This document shows, piece by piece, positions 26,411 through 37,712 of a stretch of 64,000 nucleotides of DNA. This DNA comes from Heteronotia binoei. Taxonomy: Eukaryota. The notes beneath the pieces were generated by a model, which was not told the origin of the DNA, searched no databases, and saw only the letters and a list, made by a program, of their open reading frames with translations. Both the position numbers and the translations under genes were made by a program. The stretch covers positions 27,156,001-27,220,000 of the forward strand of contig NC_083238.1 in the NCBI RefSeq assembly GCF_032191835.1. Reading direction: 5' to 3'. Each line of letters opens with the position of its first letter. The first letter of the stretch is position 1.

Positions 26411-28720
26411 GTAAAGCGAATGGTTCCTTTTGTGACAAATTGTTTACAGCTTGAGAAAGTAAAGTCTTATTTCAAAAGGACTCCCTATAGGAGGTTTATG
26501 CCAAACTGACTGTTTTTACACACGCAGACACACTCACATATAAATATATCTATAAATATATATACAAATGTTAGATATATACTTAAGGTCAGTGCCTATT
26601 AACAAGACAGTGACCCCCTCATCATCCAAATGCTCCTCTGTAGAACAGGGCGGCAACCTTGAGAGGAGGTTACTGTTTTAATTACCAGCTGACACTGCTG
26701 AAGAGGAAAGAAAAATGGCTACCCAGACTGTAGGGACCAGTCAAAGAGGTGCAAACCTAGGATTTCTGTGTGTTTAACATGAAAACACTCGAGTACAATA
26801 ATTGTATCCACTGTTTGCATTCCAACTGCCACATTTTTGCCATATTTTTACAAAAATCCGTGTTGGTGAGGTTGTCATTTTTTTAATTCACAGGTTGTTT
26901 ACTATTATATGTGACTATTTTTGTAAATGGGTTTTATGTTCCGGGGGGGTGGGTGCAGGGGTAGGGGGAGCATATGAGGAGCAGCTGTTCTCCTGTCTGA
27001 GTCTCTTGTAATGTACAGACCGAAGCGATGTGCATGAAGGCATGCTACACTTATAGACCATGCATGGAAAACAATAAGACTTTGCACAAGAGTTTTAAAT
27101 ACTTCCATGTTTCAGGATGGCTTCAGATTCTGAGGTGCTTAATAACAGTATACATCTTTTGTGTCTCATCCTGACAATTCTTAATGTGCCTGTAAGTCTC
27201 ATAAAATCAACAGTTATTCAATAGAGGGTTGTGGGTTTCTTTTTTTTGTTTTCCAAACAGACTGGTTGTAATGCCGATTTGAATTGGAGTTTAAATTGTG
27301 CTAGGGGAAGAGGTGCAGTGTTTTGGCAAGAAAATACATTCGCTTAAATTGATTCGGAACTGGCCAACAGAAACGGGTGGGGTATGGGGAGGAAAACCCC
27401 AACATTTATAAGTTTGTTTGTTTTGCTTTCTCCCCCCAGTATTGTTTAGCCACCTTCTGCTCTCAGCAAGGTTGACATTGTATGTGTCAATGAGATAATG
27501 CTGTCTATGTAAATAGTTATTTTAACCCTGTGGTGCATGTTTGAGCAAAGGAATAATGACCTGTGCACAATATTTATTGCGTCAAATATGTACCACAATG
27601 AGTGTCGTTCGCAAGCCTTGAAAAGAAAAAAAAATGATGTATTCTGTACCATTATAAGTAGTTTGGAGGCTATCACTGATGCATGTTGTTTATTCTTGCC
27701 TTCGCTGCTGTATTTTACTTGGATTTGTTCCGAAATCTAATATGGGAAGCCATATGTCAGTGGTAAAAGTGAAACCAATTGTTCAACCGGACATCATTCC
27801 TCATTTCATCAAGCAATAGTTTGCAGCTTTCGGGATTAAAAAAAACAAAAATTTAAAAAAAGCTTCTTGCTTTGCTCTTACTTTATTCCTCTCTTAACTT
27901 TCGAGTGAGTACTGTACAGTGCGTAGCCAAACTGTACACATTTCATGTTGGAAACAGCTTAATCTGTTCAAAGTACATGTTTAGAATTTTCTAAGGGGAA
28001 AACAATTATAAATAGTGTACAAATATCATTTGATTTTATTTTTCAGCATTTTGTACATAAATGACAAAACAAAACTGACTTTCAGGTTGATGTCACAGGC
28101 TGTTATTACTTTCTGTTCATGGCACTTTTTAATTGATGAACTTCACAAAGTAGTTGAAAAACAAGAGGAGAGAATGGGAGGTAATGTTAGGTTTCTGTTC
28201 TTTTTTTTTTTTTAAATTAGAACTGTATTTTTGCACACATCTTAAATGTGGATGTTCAGAGTCCAAAATGCACTTGCTTCCAAATAGCTATAACTTGTAA
28301 TTGAAATGTGGTGGGAAAGACTTATTTGAATTCCTGGCACTGCCTGCTTCAGCAGTATCAATTTAGTCTATCTATTCATAAAATCCTTGATCTTTTCCAG
28401 TGTTTGTTTACATAGACTAATCTTATTCTTGTTGATTCATGCTGCACTAGAAGTCTTCTAAGTATTATATGCGGTCCCACAATTATATTTCCCCCCCCCC
28501 ACAAGAACTAAGTAGCGAACTTATATATCTGATCACATCAGGACTTTTTTTTTTTTTAATTTCATTCACAAGCAAAAATTAAACGTTAATTCCTCCTTTT
28601 ACTGAAACTGTTGACTTTGTGTGTTGGTGAACTGCATGCAGGAAAATGCTATTACCATAAAGAACGGTAAGCCACATTACAATTGAGCCAAAAGAATAAA
28701 GACTTCATTTTTTTTATCAT
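26411..28720 (+). other. SCN2A: 3'UTR of the sodium channel gene (3' end approximate)
   Basis: Repeat-free stretch after the stop codon, ending at AATAAA with a downstream GU/U-rich tract. Confidence 0.75.
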
Positions 28721-28755
28721 ACTGAATGGTGCTGTCTTTGTGTTTTGCTGTGGCT
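28695..28755 (+). terminator. Polyadenylation signal AATAAA (28695-28700) and downstream GU-rich element
   Basis: aaagAATAAAgac followed ~30-55 nt later by ggtgctgtctttgtgttttgctgtgg. Confidence 0.7.
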
Positions 28756-28796
28756 GGCATTCTGACTCTAAAGATAGAGCATGTGATGTTCTACAC

Positions 28797-29431
28797 CAGA
28801 GGCGTCAAACTAATTCGTTACAAGGGCTGGATTGGACTTGAGCTAGCCCATGTGTGCCAGTAATGCCAGGTACATGAGATAAATTTTATAGCGGACGCAG
28901 GCAAACTTAATTCACGATATTATTCTTTACTCAAAATACAAACAAAAGCAATTGTTTCCTACCAGTGAAAGCAATGGATTTACTGGGGAACCCACAAAAG
29001 CCCCAATAAATGTATTTAATCATATGCAAAACTAGGACCGATTTCACATTCAGCTTACCCTGCTGTCATGTTCCTCTTCTCCACGCAGCATCCCTCGGAT
29101 TTCCCACCATCTGCTCCAGAGCTGCAGCAAACATCGTGGTTTTCGTGCGGCAAACAGAAACAGCTAAAAAACAGTTTCTGTTTGCCCTGCAAAAACTGCA
29201 GTTTCCTGCAGCTCCGGAGCAGATAGTGGGAAATCCAAAGGACACTGCACGGAGAAGAGGAACGTGACAGCGGGGTAAGCTGAGTGCAAAATCGGTCAAC
29301 ATTTTTCCCCAAGGGATACCATAAAGGGGGGGGAGTACCTTATATATCCATGCATACCAGTTGCTTGTGGGTCGGGTAAGAGCCCTGGGTGGGCCAGTTC
29401 TGGCCCCCAGGCCTTATGTTTGACACCCCTG
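28797..29431. mobile_element. hAT-Charlie-type element with a nested palindromic MITE (29036-29297)
   Basis: CAGAGGCGTCAAAC...GTTTGACACCCCTG; TSD TTCTACAC/TTCTAAAC. Confidence 0.85.
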
Positions 29432-30573
29432 TTCTAAACAGTGCTTCAACATGGCTTTTCCTGTAGCAAGGGTTGTGGCAGCACTCAACAGATATCAGGC
29501 TGCAGATCTCAGGTTCTAGGTTAGCAAGGAGCCGTCAAGTTCTAGAGGACCTGAAAGAGTTTACAGCTGCTTAGATGGTAGACTGACTTAACCAAGTTCT
29601 GCAGTCATCTCCCAGGCCTTCTGAGTGATCAGTCCTATTCCTTATTTGAAAAGCAGCAATTTATTTAAAGAAAATAAACTTGACTGGAAACTAAGCACTT
29701 TGACATCACGGGTTAACCAAAACACTTGCCCTCTGCTGGTAACTTATTGGGTAGTGAAAGCTGTTGGGTGCTTGGTTGATCCACATATTCTGGCTCCTCA
29801 TTTGGGATGGATGAGCCCATGGCCTCAGGAGTTGACCTATAGAGTGCTGCTCTTTCCCTTGGGCTGCAATTTAAACTAAATCAAGACTGTAAGTTTAACT
29901 GAGGCAGATTGCTGCTGACCACTTAACACAGTCCCACACCATAACATCCACTCAGCTTTGTTAGAGAGAGGGAAGAAGGAAGGGACTCCAATAGACATAA
30001 GTTTCTAGACTTTGCTTTACTGTCCCTCCCTCATCATACATTCTGACTCTCTACAAAAGTTCTTGCAGTGATGTCAGTGTTTGAGGCCTCGTTTTCATTC
30101 TTTCATTCATCCAAGGCTCGACTGTTGCTCCCACTCATCCACGAAACACATTCAAACCCTTCACAGCCTTTTCCAACCCAGGTTTTTTAAGCAGAGCTGT
30201 GGGTAGATCATCAGACACAACTGCAGAATTAATCTATTTCTTATGTACAACTTTTAAAATGTTTCAGGAAATGAGTCAGTAGAACAGTCTTGTCCCCTTG
30301 TTGTTGGGTTTTTTTTTTTTTGGCTGCTTGCCTAGTCCAGAAGCAAAACTGCCACTCAGACTAACATTTTTCACTCCCACTGGCAACTCCAGCAGCTTCT
30401 ATTCCCAAGAAGTCTGTTTTTGTCTGCATGTTTCTCTGTTAGCTTGTTTTGTTGGCTTATACACAAGGGTTGCCAGATCTGGGTTGAGAAATACCTGGAG
30501 GCGGGGCCTGAGGAGGGTGGGGGTTGGGGCATAATGCTATAGAGTCCAGTTTCCAAAGTGGCCATTTTCTCCA

Positions 30574-30858
30574 GGCGTTTTCGCACTGACCTTAATCAGC
30601 AGCGACGCCCCTCTTCACCGCGCAGCGTCGGGGCGGATTTCGCACTAATTGCCGCGGAGCACCCGGAAGAGCCGGAAAGTCCCGCGGCTTTTGCGGCGCA
30701 AACGGAAACTGCCAAAAACCAGTTTCCATTTGCGCCACAAAAGCCGCGGGACTTTCTGGCTCTTCCGGGTGCTCCACGGCAATTAGTGCGAAATCCGCCC
30801 CGATCCTGCGCGGTGAAGAGGGGCGTTCGCTGCCGATTAAGGTGAGTGCGAAAACGCC
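30574..30858. mobile_element. Palindromic MITE, second subtype, nested in a hAT derivative
   Basis: Same TIR lacking the outermost G/C pair; CCA duplicated. Confidence 0.85.
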
Positions 30859-31713
30859 CCAGGTGAATTGATCTCTGCCACCTGGAGATCAGTTCTAATA
30901 GTGGGAAATCTAGCCACCAGTTACAATAGTGGGGAATCTCCAGGTTTGCAAAAATATACACACTCATTAAGTACAACCTTACACCCTGCTTCAAGGGGGA
31001 AATGGACACAGAAGAAAAGCCGCTGATACACGCTTCTTACAATTGAAATGGGCCATTCAAAAATTGCATTGGAACTCAAAGAACACGGTCCTTCTGGTAA
31101 ACCAAAAGCACTTCAGGATTATGGGCAGCTGAAGGAGAAATTACAGTGACTCTCAGCATTCATGGGGGCCTAATGAAGACAGAAGAACCTTCCTGAAGGA
31201 AGGGCAATGGCCTGGCCAACCTTGTCCTGCCTCCATCTTAAGACTCAGAAGGCAGCATTAAGCCTTCGTGTGTTTTGCCCTATGCAAGAATGCTGAGGGT
31301 CTCGGAATGTGCTGCCCTTTCACCTCCTTCCTGGGATCCACATTTGGGGTAACAAGCTTAGGTAAACATCGGACGTTTCATTCTGCACGTTGTTAGTCAA
31401 TGATTGTGTACAGAGGAATGTATAAAATAAAGCAACGCAACCACTGTCACTCAAGACACAAGCAGCAGAGACAGACTGGTGCGATGAACATCAAGCCTGA
31501 GTCGTGTGACATTCCTACACCTTCCACTAAAATGTGTTGGTGTGGACTTGGCAACCCTAGCTTGTGGGGGGGGGGAGTACCATACACAGGGGTGCAAATT
31601 GTATTTTTCCCATTTTGTAGTAAATGCAGTTGGTTTGCTTAAGCCAAGGTGTGTGTGTGTGTGGAGAGGTGGCTTTTAGAAAGGAGGCCCTAAGCCTTGA
31701 ACTTGCCCCTAGC

Positions 31714-32231
31714 TAGGGTTGCCAATCCCCAGGTGAGAGCAGGGGATCCCCTCCCCCCGCTTCAGGGTCATCAGAAAGCGGGGGGAGGGGAGGGAAATGT
31801 CTGCTGGGAACTCTATTATTCCCTATGGAGATTTATTCCCATAGAAAATCATGGAGAATTGATCCGCTGGTATCTGGGGCTCGGGGGGGGGGCTGTTTTT
31901 TGCGTTAGAGGCACCAAATTTTCAGTATAGCATCCAGTGCCTCTCCCCAAAATACCCCCCAAGTTTCAAAAGGATTGGACCTGGGAGTCCAATTCTATGA
32001 GCCCCAAAAGAAGGTGCCCCTATCCTTCATTATTTTCTATGGAAGGAAGGAATTGAAAAGGTGTGCCATTCCTTTAAATGTGATGGCCAGAACTCCCTTT
32101 GGAGTTCAATTATGCTTGTCACAGCCTTGATCTTGGCTCCACCCCTAATGTCTCCTGGCTCCACCCCCAAAGTCTCCTGGCTCCACCCCCAAAGTCTGCA
32201 GATATTTCTTGAATTGGACTTGGCAACCCTA
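31714..32231. mobile_element. Non-autonomous hAT, short variant
   Basis: TAGGGTTGCC...GGCAACCCTA; perfect TSD CCCCTAGC. Confidence 0.9.
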
Positions 32232-32274
32232 CCCCTAGCTTCAATACTTGGGTTACATAAATAATAAATAAATA

Positions 32275-32557
32275 GAAGAAGATGAAGAAGATATTGGATT
32301 TATATCCCGCCCTCCACTCCGAAGAGTCTTAGAGCAGCTCACAATCTCCTCTACCTTCCTCCCCCACAACAGACACCCTGTGAGGTGGGTGGGGCTGAGA
32401 GGGCTCTCACAGCAGCTGCCTTTTCAAGGACAACCTCTGCCAGAGCTATGGCTGACCCAAGGCCATTCCAGCAGCTGCAAATGGAGGAGTGGGGAATCAA
32501 ACCCGGTTCTCCCAGATAAGAGTCCACACACTTAACCACTACACCAAACTGGCTCTC
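32275..32557 (-). mobile_element. Squam3-like SINE
   Basis: Full length, (GAA)n tail. Confidence 0.85.
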
Positions 32558-33976
32558 CAAGTGATGTGTTTAATGTGGAGATCAATTGTAATTCCAGGAG
32601 CACTCCAGTCCCCAGCTAGAGGTTGGCAACCATATGTGACCTTTGGCTCCATGTTACTTCAGTCTGTGTTTTAAAAGTACTTTAGAGTTCCTTGAACTAT
32701 CAAGAGCTGCTTACTTAAAAGAACCCATAAGGGCCAAATCAAATCCAGTGATAAACTCCCTTATCACTTCTTGGCAAGGAGGGAGGTACTGAGATCTTTG
32801 TTTCACATTGAAGGCCTACTTGGGAGGAACTGAGATTCAGCCAGCTTCAGCAAGAAAACAGGGTTTCTAAGACACTGACTACGGGATCACAGGAGCTACC
32901 TTCTGTTAAACCCGATTTGGTCAAGTGACAGTACTTTGAAAAAGGTAAACTGCCTTGTAGAGGAGCAAGAAAGCAGGAATAAGCTACATCTGCTGGCATG
33001 GCACAAAGGTATATAACAACACCTGGCAAATAACATCCTATTAAGCCTGTATTAAAGGACAGGATGCTTTTTCTCCAGGCAGTTGGCAGCCCTGTGTCTA
33101 GCCCCCACAATAATATGAGTGAGTCAGGTAAGGCTTGTTGGCAGTCCAGAGCGGCCTCAACTCACAGGGCTTGTGCCACCTCAGGATTTGCTGCCGAATT
33201 AGAAGTAATCCCTGCATTCTTCCAGCAGTCAATTATCATGTAGCTAAAAAGCTTTCCCTGGACGTTTGTTAGTGGTATGAGTCAGTCTTTCTGCCAGCCG
33301 CTGGAGTCTGCATTTCATATAACAAAACCTATAGCAGCCTACTTAAATATCTGGAAAATCCTATACAGAGAAATGTGCTTCGCCTCAAAGAGCATGTTTC
33401 CCTCCACCTAGAAAGTCAGTCAAGCATTTCTGATATGAGAATTTTGGACAATGCACGATTTCCCAGCACTGTAATTGGGAATGTACCACTGGGATGCTGT
33501 GACTGGCTTTTGGCAGTTTCTATGGGAACCAGAATTTTTGACCTGCAAAGAATCGAGTGGAGTGTTTCCTTTTTCTTTGAAAAATGCTGATAGATCAAAG
33601 AAAACAAGAACACTGCTTGTGTTGCCAGCTCTGGCTTGGGAACTTCCTGGATATTTGGGAGTAGAGCCTGGGGGGGATGAGCTTGGGGAAGGGAAGGGAA
33701 GGGAGGAAGCTCTGCAAGATGTGATGCCATAGAGTCTGACCTCCAAACCTGCCATTTCCTCGGGGGTGGGAGGGTGGGAGGGGAGGGAAGGGCTGATCTC
33801 TGTTGTGCGGAGACTCCAGGCCCCATCTGGAGGCTAAAACAACATCCAAAAAAAAAAGGGACCACAGAGATAGTGTACACAACAAAGGCATAATAATCTG
33901 TACTTCCAATTGTTGGGTCACAATGTATGCCTGGTTCCTTTTCACTTCACAAAGCCTTCTTTTAACTCTTCAGCTA

Positions 33977-34224
33977 GAAGAAGAAGAAATTGAATTTATA
34001 CCCCAACCTTCACTCTGAATCTCAGAGCAGCTCACAATCTCCTTTACCTTCCTCCCCCACAACAGACACCCGTGAGGTAGGTGCGGCTGAGAGAGCTCTC
34101 GCAGAAGTTGCCCTTTCAAGGACAGCTCTGCAAGAACTATGGCTGACCCAAGGCCATTCCAGCAGGTGCAAGTGAAGGAGTGGGGAATTAAACCCAGTTC
34201 TCCCAGATAAGAGTCCACGCACTT
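33977..34224 (-). mobile_element. Squam3-like SINE, head truncated
   Basis: Family similarity. Confidence 0.8.
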
Positions 34225-34261
34225 TTCTAAACTGAAAAGTCCCCAACTCTTCAGCCTTTCC

Positions 34262-34757
34262 TAGGGTTACCAATCTCCAGGTGGGGGCAGGAGATCCCCC
34301 AGTTTGGAAGCCCTTCCCCCGCTTCAGGGTAATCAGAATGCGGGGGGGGGGATGTCTGCTGGGCACTTCATTATTCCCTATGGAGACCGATTCCCATAGG
34401 GCATAATAGTGAATTGATCTGTGGGTATCTGGGGCTCTGGGGAAGCTGTTTTTTGAGGTAGAGGCACCAAATTTTCAGGATAGCATCCAGTGCCTCTCTT
34501 AAAAGCACCCTCCAAGTTTCAAAAAGATTGAAGGAGGTCCAACTCTGTGAGCCTCAAAAGAAGGTGCCCCTGTCTTTCATTACTTCCAATGGAGGGAGGC
34601 ATTCAAAAGGTGTGCAGTCCCTTTAAATGTGATGGCCAGAACTCCCTTTCAAGTTCAATTATGCTTGTCACACCTTTGCTCCTGGCTCCACCTCAGTGTC
34701 TCCTGGCTCCACCCCCAAAGTCCCCAGGTATTTCTGGAATTGGACTTGGCAATCCTA
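34262..34757. mobile_element. Non-autonomous hAT, short variant
   Basis: TAGGGTTACC...GGCAATCCTA; TSD GCCTTTCC/GCTTTTCC. Confidence 0.85.
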
Positions 34758-34937
34758 GCTTTTCCACATAGGAAAGGTGCTCCAACCCCCTTGATTTTCC
34801 TCTTCTGTATGACCTCAAGATCTTTTTCCCTCAGCAAGTTCAGTTCCCATTAGCCTATGTAAGAAATTCATTAGGTATTAACAGAGTTAAGTCTATCAGA
34901 TTTGAATAAGTCATAAAACATGTTAATTATGTAGAAA

Positions 34938-36150
34938 AGAGCAAGAGTCCAGTAGCACCTTAATGACTAACAAGAATTTGAGCAGGTAGAATATGAGTCT
35001 ATCTGTCCTTATATATTGGAGAGTGGAGTGATTTTAGATGCTGAATGACAATATCAGGTGAAAGACAATAGCAGGCATGATTGAATAAGATGTGATATAC
35101 AGAGGGTAGTAGGAGTGGAAAAATCAGCATTAGTAATGAGACAGAAAACCTAGATCTTGATTCAGTCCTGGAGGATGCATTGTCTTGAGCTTCTTTATCA
35201 GTTGCAATTCAGCAGTCTCTCTAATCTCCCATTTGAAATTCCTTTGTAAGAGAACTGCTACTCTTAGGTCAGCAAATGAATGTCCTGGAAGGTTAATCTG
35301 CCCCTCCACTGTTTTTTTTTAATGTTGTGGTTCCTAATGTCAGACTTATGTTCATTTATTTTTTGTCATAGGGAATGGCCTGCCTGTCCAGTGTAGAGGG
35401 TGGAAATGCATTGCTGATGAATGATGGCATAAATCACTTTAGAAGGCAAGCAGGAATATGAACCTGAGATTGTATGACTGATGTTGCTGGGACCACTGAT
35501 GGTGTTGCTGGGGTCTATATGAGAGCAAAATCGGCATATTGGTCTGTTGCATGCCTTGGTAACAGATTCTCAAGCTATTTACTTCCTCCTAGGGGACGGG
35601 AGTGATCAACTTTCCCTGGATCTCGCTAAGTTTCTATATGTTACTGACCTTGACAGGAAGAAACTTAATGTCGCTTGTATTTGAATGAAGCTGCGATCTG
35701 AGTGTACAATGCTGTCTTTAGTTATATGTTGCTTATATCAGAAAATTTTAACTTTAACATTATTTTGATGGCTGTACACAGTTATTAGATAGTTATGTCG
35801 CGTTTTAGCTCGGTGTTGTGCTGTACTGTTGTTGTTGTGTTGTTGTTGTTGATTGGCCTAGAGCCGCAATAAACTGACTGACTGACTGACTGATTGGTAA
35901 CAGATTCCATATCATTGTTGAGTAGTTTATCATTATGGATGAGAAGTTGTTTCAGGTTAGCAGGCTGTCTGTAAGCAAGAAAAGGTCGACCTCCTAATGC
36001 CTGTGTGAGGGAAGTGTCACTATCCAGCACAAGTTGCACAATTGCAAAGGAGGAGCTGGGTCAGAGTAATTGTTTTTTTTAATTTCCAGTTTATGTCTTT
36101 TTGATAAGATGGCCCTCAAGAAGAAGCGAGCGCTACTGAAAACACTAGTG
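34938..36150 (-). mobile_element. Penelope-like retroelement remnant (RT thumb linker and GIY-YIG endonuclease), interrupted at 35570-35893
   Basis: Minus-strand peptides QALGGRPFLAYRQPANLKQLL and CNRPICRFC...KVIYAI...LYTGQ...KINEHKSDIR; Penelope-type terminus AGTCCAGTAGCACC. Confidence 0.8.
35570..35893 (+). mobile_element. LINE 3' fragment with (ACTG)n tail (RTE-X-like, tentative), 14-bp TSD
   Basis: TTGGTAACAGATTC at 35556-35569 and 35894-35907; similar to 23167-23470 in reverse. Confidence 0.75.
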
Positions 36151-36584
36151 AAGGTAACACAGAGACTGCATGCATTGCCACCTACAGGCAGACCTGAGTT
36201 CTGCAGCATGCTTTTCTTGTACTGGGCAAAGGTGGACAGTGTGAGAATTTTATGTTCTTTTCTGTCTCCAGGTTCCAGATCTAATTATATAGTCACCCTG
36301 GCAGCCCAGCAACAGCGGTGCTGAGCTTCTAATAATAATGCAGGATGGCTATTTATATGTCTTGTTTTGTGCCCACGCAGTAATTTCCATGTTATGTCAT
36401 AACTTGTCACACTTTTTCATTAAGCAAAAAAAGAGTATGCTCCTGCCACATTAAGCATTTTAAGTTCCTCTGGTTTTAATGGGAGAGGCTTGAACTTGTG
36501 AATGGTGGTGTATCAATAAGGCTGAGATGCCATTTGAAACAACATGGGTGGCTTACTGTTTTAACAGGACTCACTCCTGAACCA

Positions 36585-37712
36585 CTTTTGATAAAGTTCC
36601 TCATCAAAGGCTCCTTAGAAAGCTTGAGAGTCATGGAGTAAAAGGACAGGTCCTCTTGTGGATCAAAAACTGGCTGAGTAATAGGAAGCAGAGAGTGAGT
36701 ATAAATGGGCAGTCTTCGCAGTGGAGGACGGTAAGCAGTGGGGTGCCGCAGGGCTCCGTACTGGGTCCCATGCTTTTTAACTTGTTCATAAATGATTTAG
36801 AGTTGGGAGTGAGCAGTGAAGTGGCCAAGTTTGCGGATGACACTAAATTGTTCAGGGCGGTGAGAACCAGAGAGGATTGTGAGGAACTCCAAAGGGATCT
36901 GTTGAGGCTGGGTGAGTGGGCGTCAACGTGGCAGATGCGGTTCAATGTGGCCAAGTGCAAAGTAATGCACATTGGGGCCAAGAATCCCAGCTACAAATAC
37001 AAGTTGATGGGGTGTGAACTGGCAGAGACTGACCAAGAGAGAGATCTTGGGGTCGTGGTAGATAACTCACTGAAAATGTCAAGACAGTGTGCGTTTGCAA
37101 TATTAGGAAGGGAATTGAAAACAAATCAGCCAGTATCATAATGCCCCTGTATAAATCGATGGTGCGGTCTCATTTGGAGTACTGTGTGCAGTTCTGGTCG
37201 CCGCACCTCAAAAAGGATATTATAGCATTGGAGAAAGTCCAGAGAAGGACAACTAGAATGATTAAAGGGCTGGAGCACTTTCCCTATGAAGAAAGGTTGA
37301 AACGCTTGGGACTCTTTAGCTTGGAGAAACGTCGACTGCGGGGTGACATGATAGAGGTTTACAAGATAATGCATGGGATGGAGAAAGTAGAGAAAGAAGT
37401 CCTTTTCTCCCTTTCTCACAATACAAGAACTCGTGGGCATTCGATGAAATTGCTGAGCAGACAGATTAAAACGGATAAAAGGAAGTACTTCTTCACCCAA
37501 AGGGTGATTAACATGTGGAATTCACTGCCACAGGAGGTGGTGGCGGCCACAAGTATAGCCACCTTCAAGAAGGGTTTAGATAAAAATATGGAGCACAGGT
37601 CCATCAGTGGCTATTAGCCACAGTGTATGTGTGTATATAAAATTTTTTGCCACTGTGTGACACAGAGTGTTGGACTTGATGGGCCGTTGGCCTGATCCAA
37701 CATGGCTTCTCT
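36585..37712 (+). mobile_element. 5'-truncated CR1 LINE (RT domain to 3' end), frameshifted near 37100
   Basis: ORFs 36656..37141 (GVPQGSVLGP, KFADD) and 37087..37617; TTATGTTC tail. Confidence 0.95.
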
